A stretch of DNA of 64,000 nt from Takakia lepidozioides. Its lineage: Eukaryota > Plantae > Bryophyta. How positions within the stretch are numbered: position 1 is the stretch's first letter; every line of letters starts with the position of its first letter. Made by a program: the position numbers and the translations under genes. Shown here one piece after another: positions 52,292-63,525 of the stretch. The DNA is taken from positions 21,514,001-21,578,000 of the forward strand of contig CM060733.1 in NCBI GenBank assembly GCA_030704615.1, written 5' to 3'. A model generated the notes under the pieces. The model was not told the DNA's origin. It did not search any database and saw only the letters and a program-made list of their open reading frames with translations.

Positions 52292-53320
52292 ATGAGATGC
52301 ATAGGGTCGAGGGGTATCGTAGGTGTCGTAGGCGTTATGGCCGGCGACGAGCACGCCCACCCCCCCCCTCCAGTTTCCTCAGGCGGTCCCCCTGATTGTG
52401 GCCTCCCCCCCCCCCCATCTGTTTCTTTGCCTGATCCGGACGTTGTACCCCCGGCTGCACCTCCGACATTACATCCTCAACCACCTCCATTTTCATCTCC
52501 TCCGCCAGCAGTACCACCTCCACCTCCACCACCACCTCCACCTCCACGTGCATGTGCCCCCCGAACCCCTAGGAGGGGTCGGCTTCACCCTAGGTTTCCT
52601 CCCCTTCGGCTTGGGCGGCCTGAGCCGGATCCTCGCCCCCGATGGGAAGCGCATAGGACTATGTTACTGAGGACCATCCAGCCTCGTTGTTGGGGGAATC
52701 ATCTCGACCCTCCCACCCCCATCCGAGAAAACGTGGAGTTCGAGTATTGGGGGAGACGGTATGTTGTGAGAGCCGCTACAGACCCTGCTATGGGTCGGGG
52801 TTTATTCACAGTCAATGATATTGTGGTTTCTCCTCGGAGAAACAGCATGGTGGACTTGTTTCCCTACTACGGTCCATACTACATCTCCGCGGAGTTCCGT
52901 ACATTACGCCTCGGAGCCCCATACATCCTACCCTACATTTTGTGTGTCAACGGACACGATGTACGTAGACGGAGGTTGTCTCCCATTGAGATCAGATTTT
53001 GTGATGGTGACCCCGACATCTTCGGCAATGTTGCTGGGCTGGTCAATAGTTCTTTTGGTCATCCTAGGAAAACCAATGTAGTATGGGACGAGCGACGCAA
53101 TGGGCATGAGAGCTTTTGTGGTCATACGTCAGTATACTGTGAGGGGATGCACATGTTTGTAATAACATGTGCTAGTAGGACTATTAGGGCTGGCAGCGAA
53201 CTATTTGCATCATACGAGTTCTCCCGGGATGATTGGGACCTCCGATTACAACGTGAGTGGGATGTGTATGATAGAAATAGGGTTCCTTTGAGACAGGGAT
53301 CGCGTAGATGGGCATTGTAG
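52292..53320 (+). CDS. Proline-rich plus SET-domain protein (putative lysine methyltransferase) within a CACTA element
   Basis: MGRGLF (GxGLF), FPYYG (YxG), DGD...GNVAGLVNSS (cf. GNxARFINHS), N-V, CASRTIRAGSELFASY (cf. A.RDI..GEEL..DY), in the correct order and spacing. Intronless. Confidence 0.85.
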   Translation: MRCIGSRGIVGVVGVMAGDEHAHPPPPVSSGGPPDCGLPPPPSVSLPDPDVVPPAAPPTLHPQPPPFSSPPPAVPPPPPPPPPPPRACAPRTPRRGRLHPRFPPLRLGRPEPDPRPRWEAHRTMLLRTIQPRCWGNHLDPPTPIRENVEFEYWGRRYVVRAATDPAMGRGLFTVNDIVVSPRRNSMVDLFPYYGPYYISAEFRTLRLGAPYILPYILCVNGHDVRRRRLSPIEIRFCDGDPDIFGNVAGLVNSSFGHPRKTNVVWDERRNGHESFCGHTSVYCEGMHMFVITCASRTIRAGSELFASYEFSRDDWDLRLQREWDVYDRNRVPLRQGSRRWAL

Positions 53321-54296
53321 ATATTCTCATGATGTACTTTGTATACATCCAATTAATCGATTGATGTAAAAAAAATTATTGTTGCTCGTGTGGGTTGCAA
53401 CTTTGCATATGTGATCTAAACATACTTATGCACATGTGGACCAAATATGAGCTTGAACCAAGTTGATTCAATGGGTCATTCTAGTGTTGAACGCAGCTAC
53501 GTGTCATAGAGACGGAAATTTGTGTTTCGCCTGCAGATGATTTTTTTTTTTTATTCCATTTTCAAGCCATATGCTTAATGATAGCATATGCAATGTGCGT
53601 GCAAAATTTGGGAGTAAACAAAAGTCATTTGGACCCATAACCAGATTTTGTTCTCTCATTTGCACTCCAAATTTGAATTATCTTCAACTTCATGCACTCT
53701 TCATAGAGAGTTATGCAAAAGTGACCCTAGAAACACACTTATTTTTTTTCCATTTTTTTTTTTGTCCCATTTTTTTCATGGATGTAGTGGTGCAAAGCCC
53801 AATGTCTCAGAACAAAAAAGAGCTAAAAATAAAATTATTACGTCCCTCAAAACCGCAATCATATATTTTCTAAATTTAAATATTCATTTTAAATTCGATT
53901 TAATTCAAAATTGGTGCAAGGGTGAGTGCGTCGTTGGGGAGGTTTAAAAAATAAAAAAATAAAAAAATAAATCCTGCTGGATCTTTGTACAGGTGTTGCA
54001 CACATATTTAAGCACATGTAGGAAAAAAAGCTTGAGCCACATCCGTTTGTTGGGTGCAATGGCATGAGAGGATTTTCTTTCACATTAATAAACAAAAATT
54101 GGTTGATAGGGTGAATGCGTCATTGGGGGGGCAAATGATTTTGTTTGGGTTTGAAACTTTGCATGCGTGTACGTTGCGCACATACATGTAATTAGTGAAT
54201 GACATATTTGATGCACACACACATTGAAGGTTGTTGTTTGCATTTCGCTTATAATGAAGTGTATGGTTGCAATGACACATTAAAATATATGTCCCT

Positions 54297-54848
54297 ATGT
54301 TCATTTGTTCGTATCAGGACTTTGTCCATCCTTTCCCGGTCTTTTCTCTTGGCACCCCATCCGAAAACAACCCAAGTACATCAGGCGGGAGCCGTGGGCG
54401 AGACGCCGCCCCCGCGGTACCGGACGATGATGACGATGACAGTGATAGTGACAGTGACAATAACAATGAGCATGGAATTAACCAGGAGGATGTGCAAGCC
54501 ATGGAGGATCTCTTAATGCATCATGTGGGCGTTGATGCATCCCATGAAGAGGGAACCCGGCCAATCGATGATCCTGAAATGGCCCCCTCAAATGACATGG
54601 AGAGGGAGGCGAGAACTCCCTTGTACGAAGGGGTAAAAGTGAGTCGACTTTCAACAATCTTACTTTTGCTCCATCTTCAAATTCGATTTGGCATAAGTAA
54701 TGTTGGGATGTCTGCCATAATGCGAACTATTGCATACTATATCCTTGCTCCACACTTGAAACCCAAGATGCCACGGTCGCGGAAAGAGGCGCGCGAAGTC
54801 TTGGACTCTGTGGGGATGGGCTATAAGATTTTTCATGCATGTCCATCA
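54297..54848 (+). pseudogene. CACTA transposase (TnpD-like) N-terminus, truncated
   Basis: EARTPLYEG..VSRLSTILLLL.LQ.RFGISN...MPRSRKEAREVL..VGMGYKIFHACP is the hallmark region upstream of Transposase_21. It fuses directly to gypsy pol. Confidence 0.9.
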
Positions 54849-57800
54849 AATACAGAGATGTATTTGCTTGGAGCTATGAGGATCTAAAAGGGATACCGCC
54901 TGAAATCTGTCAGCATAAGATTGAACTGGAACTAGGATCAGTACCAATCAAACAGGCAAGGTACAGAATGAATCCCAACTATGCACAGAAGGTTGGAGAA
55001 GAGATCAAGAAGTTGGCTGAGGCTAAGTTTATATACCCAATAGAGTATACAACTTGGTTGTCACCCATTGTAATAGTTCCCAAGAAGAATGGTAAACTAA
55101 GAGTTTGTGTGAACTACAAAAAGCTGAATGCTTGTACGAAGAAAGATCATTTCCCTTTGCCATCACAGAAGCAGTATTGGACACTGTGGCAGGCCATGAG
55201 ATGTACTCATTCATGGATGGCTTCAGTGGTTATAATCAAGTGCAAGTGGCAGAAGAAGACCAAGGAAAGACAGTTTTCATCACAGACTGGGGTGCTTATG
55301 CATACAAAGTCATGCCCTTTGTAATGCACGAGCAACCTTTCAGAGAGTGATAAGTGAATCTTTTCATGAGTATCTGGATGATTTCATGCAGGTGTTCTTG
55401 GATGATTTCAGTGTGTACAGCTCTAAGAATGAGCACTTGCATAAATTGGAGTTATGTCTGGCCAGATGCAGGATGAGAGGTCTGGGCCTGAATCCAGAGA
55501 AGTGTACTTTCTGTGTGAACTCAGGGGTGCTTCTGGGACACATTGTGTGTAAGAGGGGACTTCTTGTGGATCCCAGGAAAACAGAGGCCATTAAAACCTC
55601 TCCACCACCAGTGAATGTTAAGAGTCTAAGGAGATTCCTTGGACAAACCAGCTATTACAGAAGATTTGTCAGACGGTATGCACAGATAGCAGCACCATTG
55701 AGCAAACTTCTGAAGAAAGATGCAGTGTTTGCATGGACACCTGAATGTCAATAGGCTTTTGAGGAACTTACATTGTCAGTAACAACTACATCTGTGCTGA
55801 TTAATCCTCACTGACAGGAAATATTTCATGTTCACTGTGATGCTTCTGGAGAAGCACTAGGAGCAGTGTTAGCCAAAATGTTATAGGAAGGATAGATTCA
55901 CCTGTGTACTATGCTAGCCGATTGATGAACAATGCCGAAAGAAATTATAGCACAATGGAAAGAGAAGCATTAGCAATGATCTATGCAGTAAGAAATTCAG
56001 GCATTACCTGTTGGGCAAGAAGTTTATGTTATATGTGGATCACCAGGCTCTGATATACCTGGTAAACAAACCTCTGATAAGCGGAAGAATAGCAAGATGG
56101 TTGATAATCTTGCACGAGTTTGAGTTTGAGGTTGTTTACAAGCCTGGGAGGCTGCATCTTGTGGCGGATCACTTGTCACGGTTATCAACAGGAGAACCAG
56201 CCACGGGAGTAGATGATCAATTACCAGATGCGAGTCTATTTGTAGTGGAGGTGCAGGGAAGTGCAGATGACTGGTTAGATTGGCAGTGGCCAATCAGATA
56301 CTACCTTGCTCATGGTCAGTGCCCACCAAGTTATGGAAAGGAGCAGAGAAAGAGAATTGCTATCAAGGCTCTACCTTACACTATGGTAGGGAGCAGAATG
56401 TATAAGCTAGGACCAGATGGAGTGCTGAAGCGATGCTTATACCACCATGAAGTTAATAAAGTCTTGGAGGAAGTTCATAAAGGAGTGGCAGGAGGTCATT
56501 TTGGAGAAGAGACTACCAGCAGGAAGATACTACATGCAGTTATTGGTGGCCTACTTTGTTCAAAGATGTACACAAGTATTGTCAGAGTTGTGATGAATGT
56601 CAGAGGCTAGGACCTTTGCAGAGATCTGGGAAGATGACTTTGCATCCTACAAGCCTACGGAACCATTTCAGAAATGGGGACTAGACTTTAAGCTTTGAGG
56701 GACAACACAGCCAAGTCCACATCAAGGTTCATGTATGAGAACATACTTACATGATTTGGCTGTCCCTTGGAATTTATCAGTGATCAGGGAAGTCACTTCA
56801 TTAATGAGACCATTGAATTATTGACTAAAGAGTTCATGATTGTGCATAGGAAGAGTACAACATATTACCCACAGGGTAATGGGCAGGCAGAGCCTACCAA
56901 CAAATACTATGTACTATCTTGGCTAAGATAGTCAATGCAACAGAACGGATTGGGATACAAAGCTGCTGACAGCTTTGTGGTCATACAAGACTTCATATAA
57001 AGTCACCACTAAGTATACACCATTCCAATTAGTTTATGGTATGGAAGCTTTACTTCCAGTGGAATTCCTGTTACCTACCATGAGAACGGAATGGGGAAAG
57101 AGAATGGAATTGCAAGATTCAATTAAGGTCAGGAAACATGAATTATACCATGTGGAAGAAGTACGTGTTGATGCAGTTGATAACATGACCAAAATTCAGA
57201 TGAAGAGAAAGGAACAGTTTGATGAAGGCAAGATAAAGACTTTTAAGACGGGAGATTTGGTTATCTGGTTGTAGAAGAGGGAAGATTAAAGCTTCTAAGC
57301 TTAAATCACCATGGAAAGGACCTTATGTCATACAGAAGATGTATGATAACAACACCGCCATGTTACAAACCATTAACAAAGAGATGCTGGGAAGAGTCAA
57401 TGTCAATAAGTTGAAGGGGTACAGTGGTATCCATGACAAACCATTACAACATGATTTGCATGTTGAAATGCAAAAGCAGTCATGGGCTGCGCCAGTGATA
57501 CCAACGGAGTATGGAGCACTTATCGCTAGGCCGAGCATATATGACCAGGGCGGGCAGAACAAGCGCGACACAGCCTATCACAGCCCATCAAGGCGTGACA
57601 CAACACCAGCCAAGAATACACAGAACAAGTACATAATTACAGCCACTGATTATACTACGAAGTGGGTGCCTATCACGACGCGACACAGCCTATCACAGCC
57701 CATCACGGCGCGACACAACCTATCACAGCCCATCAAGGCGCGACACAGCCTATCATAGCCCAACACAGCGCGACACAACATATCACAGCCCAGCACTGCG

Positions 57801-60800
57801 CAACACAACATATCACAGCCCAGCACGACGCAACACAGCCTATCACAGCCCAGCACGGTGCAATACAGCCTATCACAACCTACCACAGCGTGTCACAGCC
57901 TATCACAGCTTACCACAGTGCAACACAGCCTATCACAACGTACCACAGTATGACACAGTCTGTCACAGCTCAACACAGCTTACTAGGTTTACACAATCCA
58001 TAGAATCAGTGACAGGTGGACGCAGGATAACTTCAGGGAAATGGCCGGCGGAAGAAAGGACGGAAGCCAGTTTAGAAAGGGACACGTGGAAGTCAGGGCG
58101 CGACCACAGCTGAGAAGGAAGTGCAAGAACAGGTGTCATCAAGAAAGAGGACAAGAATGACCGTCAAAGTACCTACTGAGCACGTCAATTCGGATGAATG
58201 GCGGACCCATTAATGAATACGGAAAAATGGCAACGGAACAGACGGCAAGTACAGAAAAGCAAAATTCTTGTCACAAGTGTTATCCTAGTGGACAGTCCAG
58301 CAGGGAAAGTCTACTAAAGAAAATTAAATCTAAAATCCAGTCACAGCGGTTACAGCCAATCATAAGCCAGAAGCAGGATCAAGAAATTGGAGGGATTTTA
58401 AGCGCAAGAGTCGGCGTCGTTCCAAGTAACTCGGGCGTCTCGACGGGACAAACCATCAATGCTATAGCTTTGAAGCTATGGAGGAACTAACAGACTATAC
58501 GCTCGCAATATTACTTACGCAGTGGCATAGGGACGGAAGAACAAAGCGGATCTTTTCTCTTAATCGATGCTTGCAAGCCCCGCAGGCTTACAAGAAATTA
58601 CCCATAGCATTTTGTGACAACCATACGTTTATGCTTTATGCCATGCAGGCATTTCTTCAATTGTTACAGCCAAAACCTTTCTGTGGGTCTAGAATGAAGA
58701 GAGTGAGAGGAATGGAAGAAATCAGGGTGAAGAGCACCACAATCCTGCAGAAACAAACAATTGCTACTCCACAGGCGGTACAGTTACTGAAGGAGCTGCG
58801 ATTAGAAGGATTGCAAAGCAAAGATTGGACATTGCACCATAGGCAGTACATGTTACAATTCTTGCAGAACTTTGAGCCTAGGACAGGAGCAACAACGGTG
58901 AAGGGAGTTGAATTAGAAATTACTCCCCTATACCTACAACAATTGTTTGAATTGCCATCAGGTCAGGTGCATGTGGAGGAGCACAGGGCAAGACTGCAAA
59001 TAGCGGACTTATTCCAAGAAGGGAGTTTCTTTAAAACTCAGGGTTATGCTTGTACCAAGGCCGTCTACCCAGGGCTAAGGGAGGTAGGCCAAGTATTAAA
59101 CGTTCTATTTGCCATGAAACAGAACCAACAGTATTTGAGCAGATCCTTCACAAAGGAAATACTCAAAGCCCTGAGATGAGAAGAGGTAGCATGGGTGGAC
59201 ATAATGTACAACGCACTGGTAGAGGAGATGAAAAGATTACAGGGCACTGCCGCAAAGTCTCCTATCATAGTGTCTGGCCCAATCATTGCTCAAATAATTC
59301 TTGATTCTTGCATACTTGATGCTCGGGAAAGAAAGGAGATGAGAGTGTTTGAGACCGAAACCACTGCAATGGAAGAGCAAGGCTCTTCACACAGTGAGGG
59401 TGGACTGGCAGGGCAACCCCAGACTAAGAGACAGAGGCGGGGAAAGACTGTAGTGGCGGATCCACTGGCTTCACGAAAACCGCATGATAATGTTTCTCAA
59501 GCTCTTGTGTAGGAAGGGGCACAGCAGCACAGAGAGCTGCTATTATTAGAAGTAGGACCTTCAGAGAGGGAAGAGGAAGTTACTTTAGTATCACAGCCAT
59601 CACAGCCAGATGATCGGCTTGTCACAGAGTTACCACAAGTTGTCCATGCAGTTCCACCAGAAATAATTGATTTGGAGAAAGAAGGGTTAGATATTCCCAC
59701 TACAGAACAGGTGGTGGCAGAAATTGAGAAGGGGGATCTTCTCTATGAAAATTTTGGTCTGGTCAGGGAAACAGTGATTCCGGAGGTGCAGCGGTTGTCC
59801 AGGGGCAACCCTGCGGTGCATATAATACACACACCTGTGACGGAGGTACCACAAGTAGAATGTTAAGACACTGCAGCACCTGTGACAGATGAAGTGGTTC
59901 AGGAAGAAAATCTGGTGGGGCAATGGCCTGAGTGGTTCGTGAGGCATCACACTGTTGAGGATCAGGGAGAACAACAACAAGCTCACCATGATGACCCTCA
60001 ACAGGCCATGCTTATGAGTTCCATAAGCATGACACTTAATTTGTTGGGCACTTATGTCAAATCCCATGTTCCAACTTCCCAATTGGCAGCTTTGAGGGAG
60101 AAACTCAGGAAGGAGTTTGAGGCTCGACTTGCCACTGAGTGTGCAAACAAGGTCGATGAAGAGGTCACTCTCAAGATGCAGCAAGACTTAGAGAGTACAG
60201 AAGCGGCTTTGCAATTGGCCAATGAACAATTGATTGAGGCAGGCCTCGCGCAAGACCAGTTGCACGAAGCACATAAGCAACAGCTATACCAAATGCATGT
60301 GAAGCATGAAAGCAAGTTGCAAGAAGTGAATGCACTACATACGGAGTTGCAGACAGTGCATGACAAGATGGCCATACAATGTGCTATACTCACAACTATG
60401 CTTGACCAAGCTACAATAAAAATAAACAGTCAAGCGGAAAGATGTACGAAGGCAGAGGCAGAGAATGTTGAGCAAGTAAAACTCATTGTCGATATGAAGA
60501 ATACAATCTGTCGCAATGAGAATACTTTCAAGCAATACAGGCAGGTTGAAGCTGACCAAGAGAGGTACATCCTGGAGTTGCAACAAACGCTCATGGTAAA
60601 TAGAAATGAACTCTCCGTGGCTAACAAGGCTTGGAAGGAAGCCAATAATCTGGCTGCTGCCTATGCGAGTTTGGTTGAACTTCATGCGAAGCGCATGGAG
60701 GCTTTACAACAGCAGATAGATGTGTACAGGCTCACAGAGGAGCAGACTCTCAGGGGTGCCACAAGCAACTTGGTGGATAACCACCTTATGCAGGTCTGGT

Positions 60801-61400
60801 TAGCACAAGGGCTAGTGGAGGGCAAAGCACCACGAAAGCTCACCCAAAGCGAGATGAATGAGCTCAGACTGCAAGTGCAGAACATTGCCACAACTACTAT
60901 AGACAATGTCTATAGTATGATAGTGGAGTTACAGGAGGATGTAGACGGCCTGCAGACTCAAGTGGAGGACCTCATTTCAAATATCGACAAGAGAGTCTGT
61001 GTACCTGAGGAACAGCTGATGACTTCTTATTTATAAGCGAGAACTTTGGCTTTTCAGTCTTCTTCGCAGGAGGTGCAGGAGATGCCAATGGTACAAGAGC
61101 CACTGCCACCAACACCACAACAAGTCACTGTGCCAGTAGCTGACCCTGTTGTTACTACAGCCACACCACGGCCACCACAGCCTGAGGTATGGGGGAATGC
61201 TGCTTTTAACCCACCTAAAACTTCAGCTGCACGGGAGTACAGTCGGGCTATGATTATGCCCTTCAACCAAATTCCCATTGTGTTGGATTTGGCTTGGAAG
61301 GAATTTAGTCCTCCACAGTCATTGGCACATTACTATCAAATCATGCGCATTTGGCTGCCAGTGGCAACTAGGACTAAAGTTCTTCCGAACAATCGACCAA
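54845..61400 (+). mobile_element. Ty3/gypsy element copy B (no LTRs): RT-RNaseH-INT, repeat spacer, extra ORF
   Basis: KYRDVFAWSYEDLKGI..., WLSPIVIVPKKNGKLRVC, FLDDF. Colinear and highly similar to copy A in inverted orientation. Confidence 0.95.
57570..57980 (+). repeat. Tandem repeat (cacagcctatcacagccc-type units) in the pol/extra-ORF spacer
   Basis: Visible. A shorter equivalent lies at 44400-44560. Confidence 0.9.
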
Positions 61401-61401
61401 A

Positions 61402-61740
61402 GGCATTTGTCTTCTAGACTTGTTTGGCGGGATCAGCACCGGATTGGTTGTTGTGTTACAGGCAAGTGTACGAGTTCGGCGTTATCTGTATGTGGAGAGG
61501 GATTGGACTGCACGACACGTTTCACTTCGCCATGTTGCTTAGTTGGTGCAACAGTACCCTGAGTTGTTGCCGGTGTCTGCAGTTCGTGGATATCAGCAGG
61601 CCTTGCCAGCAGACATTTCGTTGCTGGGGGCACAGGATTTGGAGCGGGTTGGCTCCATTGATTTGGTAGTGGCAGGTTGGTCCTGCCAAGGGCATTCATC
61701 AACCGGGCATGACAATGGATTGCGAGACTCGAGGCTAAGC
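61402..61740 (+). pseudogene. C5 cytosine DNA methyltransferase fragment (motifs I-IV)
   Basis: GICLLDLFGGISTGL..VLQA.VRVRRYLYVERD (motifs I/II), LPADI (III), IDLVVAGWSCQGHS..G...GL.D.R (IV, PC changed to SC). One in-frame stop; intronless. Confidence 0.85.
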
Positions 61741-63247
61741 AAACTGGGTTGTTTGAGTGCAAGTGAATCCCCTGCAACCTCCATGTACTCTTCTAGTGTT
61801 GGGACATATCCCGCTTCAGCCCATTCAGCCTCCATCAATGCAGATGTGAGCCACATCTCCCACTGAAGGATAATTCATGAGCATAACATGATTAGTTTGG
61901 TCCAATAGAATATATTGAGAAGATTCTAATATTTCTAGTTTCGTAAATGTAACTAATTGTGTGTTAGAAAGGGTCATCATGTTGTTAAGGTTAGCAGTCA
62001 GTTTTGTTAGTTTTTATAATAGATTGTTAAACACATCAATCAAGAAATCGTCTTTTATAGGCTCCACGGGTGATGGAAGTCAAATGCAAATGAAGTCAGA
62101 ACAAGTCTTAAGAAAAAATTTATGTTATTCTCATGTACTATTATAATTCAGCAGTCAAATGCGTCATATTAGAAATTCATTGTATACCCATGATATAACA
62201 TCCTTGAGATTCTTAGTTAGCAATGTAGAACCATCTTAGCATGAGTCGTTGAAGTATTAATAAGTACGGAGAATAGAGATTAGAATCAAATAATACTAAG
62301 ATTGAAAAAATTAAAAAAATGTTGGTCATGTAGTCAGTTGGTGCAAAAGATTGTCGTCTATCATATAGTACTATGTAAGAGAGAATGACGCATTCAACTT
62401 GCAAATTACCTCAATTGATAAGAGAAAATAATATAGCACCATTATCACATTTATCCACTAGGTCTTACCTCTTAACAATCGTCAAAAACGTCCTTAACTC
62501 ATCCATAGTTGTCGAGGCATCAAAGTAATTATGGAGTATGGTTGCAATAATACAACAACGTGCCCATACAAATCTGGCAGATGCCATCTCCGGTTCAAAC
62601 ATCATTGCAACCCCTAAAACATAGCACTCAATATATGTTTGTCGCGAAAGCTTGAAGTGCTCGGAAACACATTCTGTGGTCCACCTACAAAGATAAAGAG
62701 AAAAAAAAACGATTTTGTAGGCGAGAAATTGAGTGACGAAGTGATGACATGCCATGACTACCATCATGTGAGGCAGTTAGTGAATCGAAATGGTCTCATT
62801 CTTAACGACATTCAAGGATTGAAGGTGTGCAACTGTACTATATTTTTATGGTCTATCACTTGAATGATTTTAGTCCAAATTTACTTTTTATTTGGTGATC
62901 ATATGTCTTTATGAACAGTTCGAAGTTATATCACTGTTGGTTTGATTAAAATCACACTGCTAATAACAAGGGCATGATTTATGCAGAGGAAATCAAGAAA
63001 CTCAAGTGTGACATTGTACATGAGGGAGCATCCTAAATGTACTAAAGATGAGGCCATCACTCATCTCTTGAAGATGGTGGACATTAATATGCAACAACTA
63101 TTACGAGAGGATTTATGCCCAACATTGATCCCCAAAGCTTGCAAAGATATCCATTTGAATAGAGCGCGAGTCATGCATACATTGTTCGAGGAAGCAGATG
63201 GCATATCGATTCTTACCAAGAAACTTTTGTTTGAACCGGTTTTCTAG
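61741..63247. pseudogene. Diterpene synthase (kaurene-synthase-like, class I domain) pseudogene with an internal inversion
   Basis: Minus-strand exons 62469-62684 (RW...FEPEMASARFVWAR...ILHNYFD, degenerate DDxxD) and 61741-61862 (EAEW..GYVPTLEEYM). Plus-strand exons 62713-62824 (GEKLS...LNDIQG) and 62987-63247 (PKACKDIH...LFEPV). Confidence 0.9.
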
Positions 63248-63389
63248 ACTATACAACATTATATTCTAATCTAGTGATATTATACTTTTACACATCCTCC
63301 ACATTTAAAACCAGATACTACTTATACATTTCAAATGTTGATTACATGCCTTAATATAAATTTGAAAACATGAAGCATCCACTTCTATA

Positions 63390-63525
63390 TGGCCTGTAGA
63401 TGGTCTAGTGGCTAGGACTCAAGGCTGCTTTACAAATGGTCATGGATTAAATATCCAACATATGACCCGGTGGTTAGGGCAGAAAGCCCCTTATAAGTGG
63501 TCGTGGGTTCAAAGTCACATAATTG
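63390..63525 (+). other. Degenerate tRNA-like / SINE-like sequence, possibly dimeric
   Basis: A-box-like TGGTCTAGTGG and TGACCCGGTGG, B-box-like GGTTCAAAGTC. Confidence 0.4.

Noticed and set aside
54839-55324. Functional transposase-RT fusion protein
   Set aside because: The two parts are in different frames and both are truncated. This is a deletion or recombination junction.
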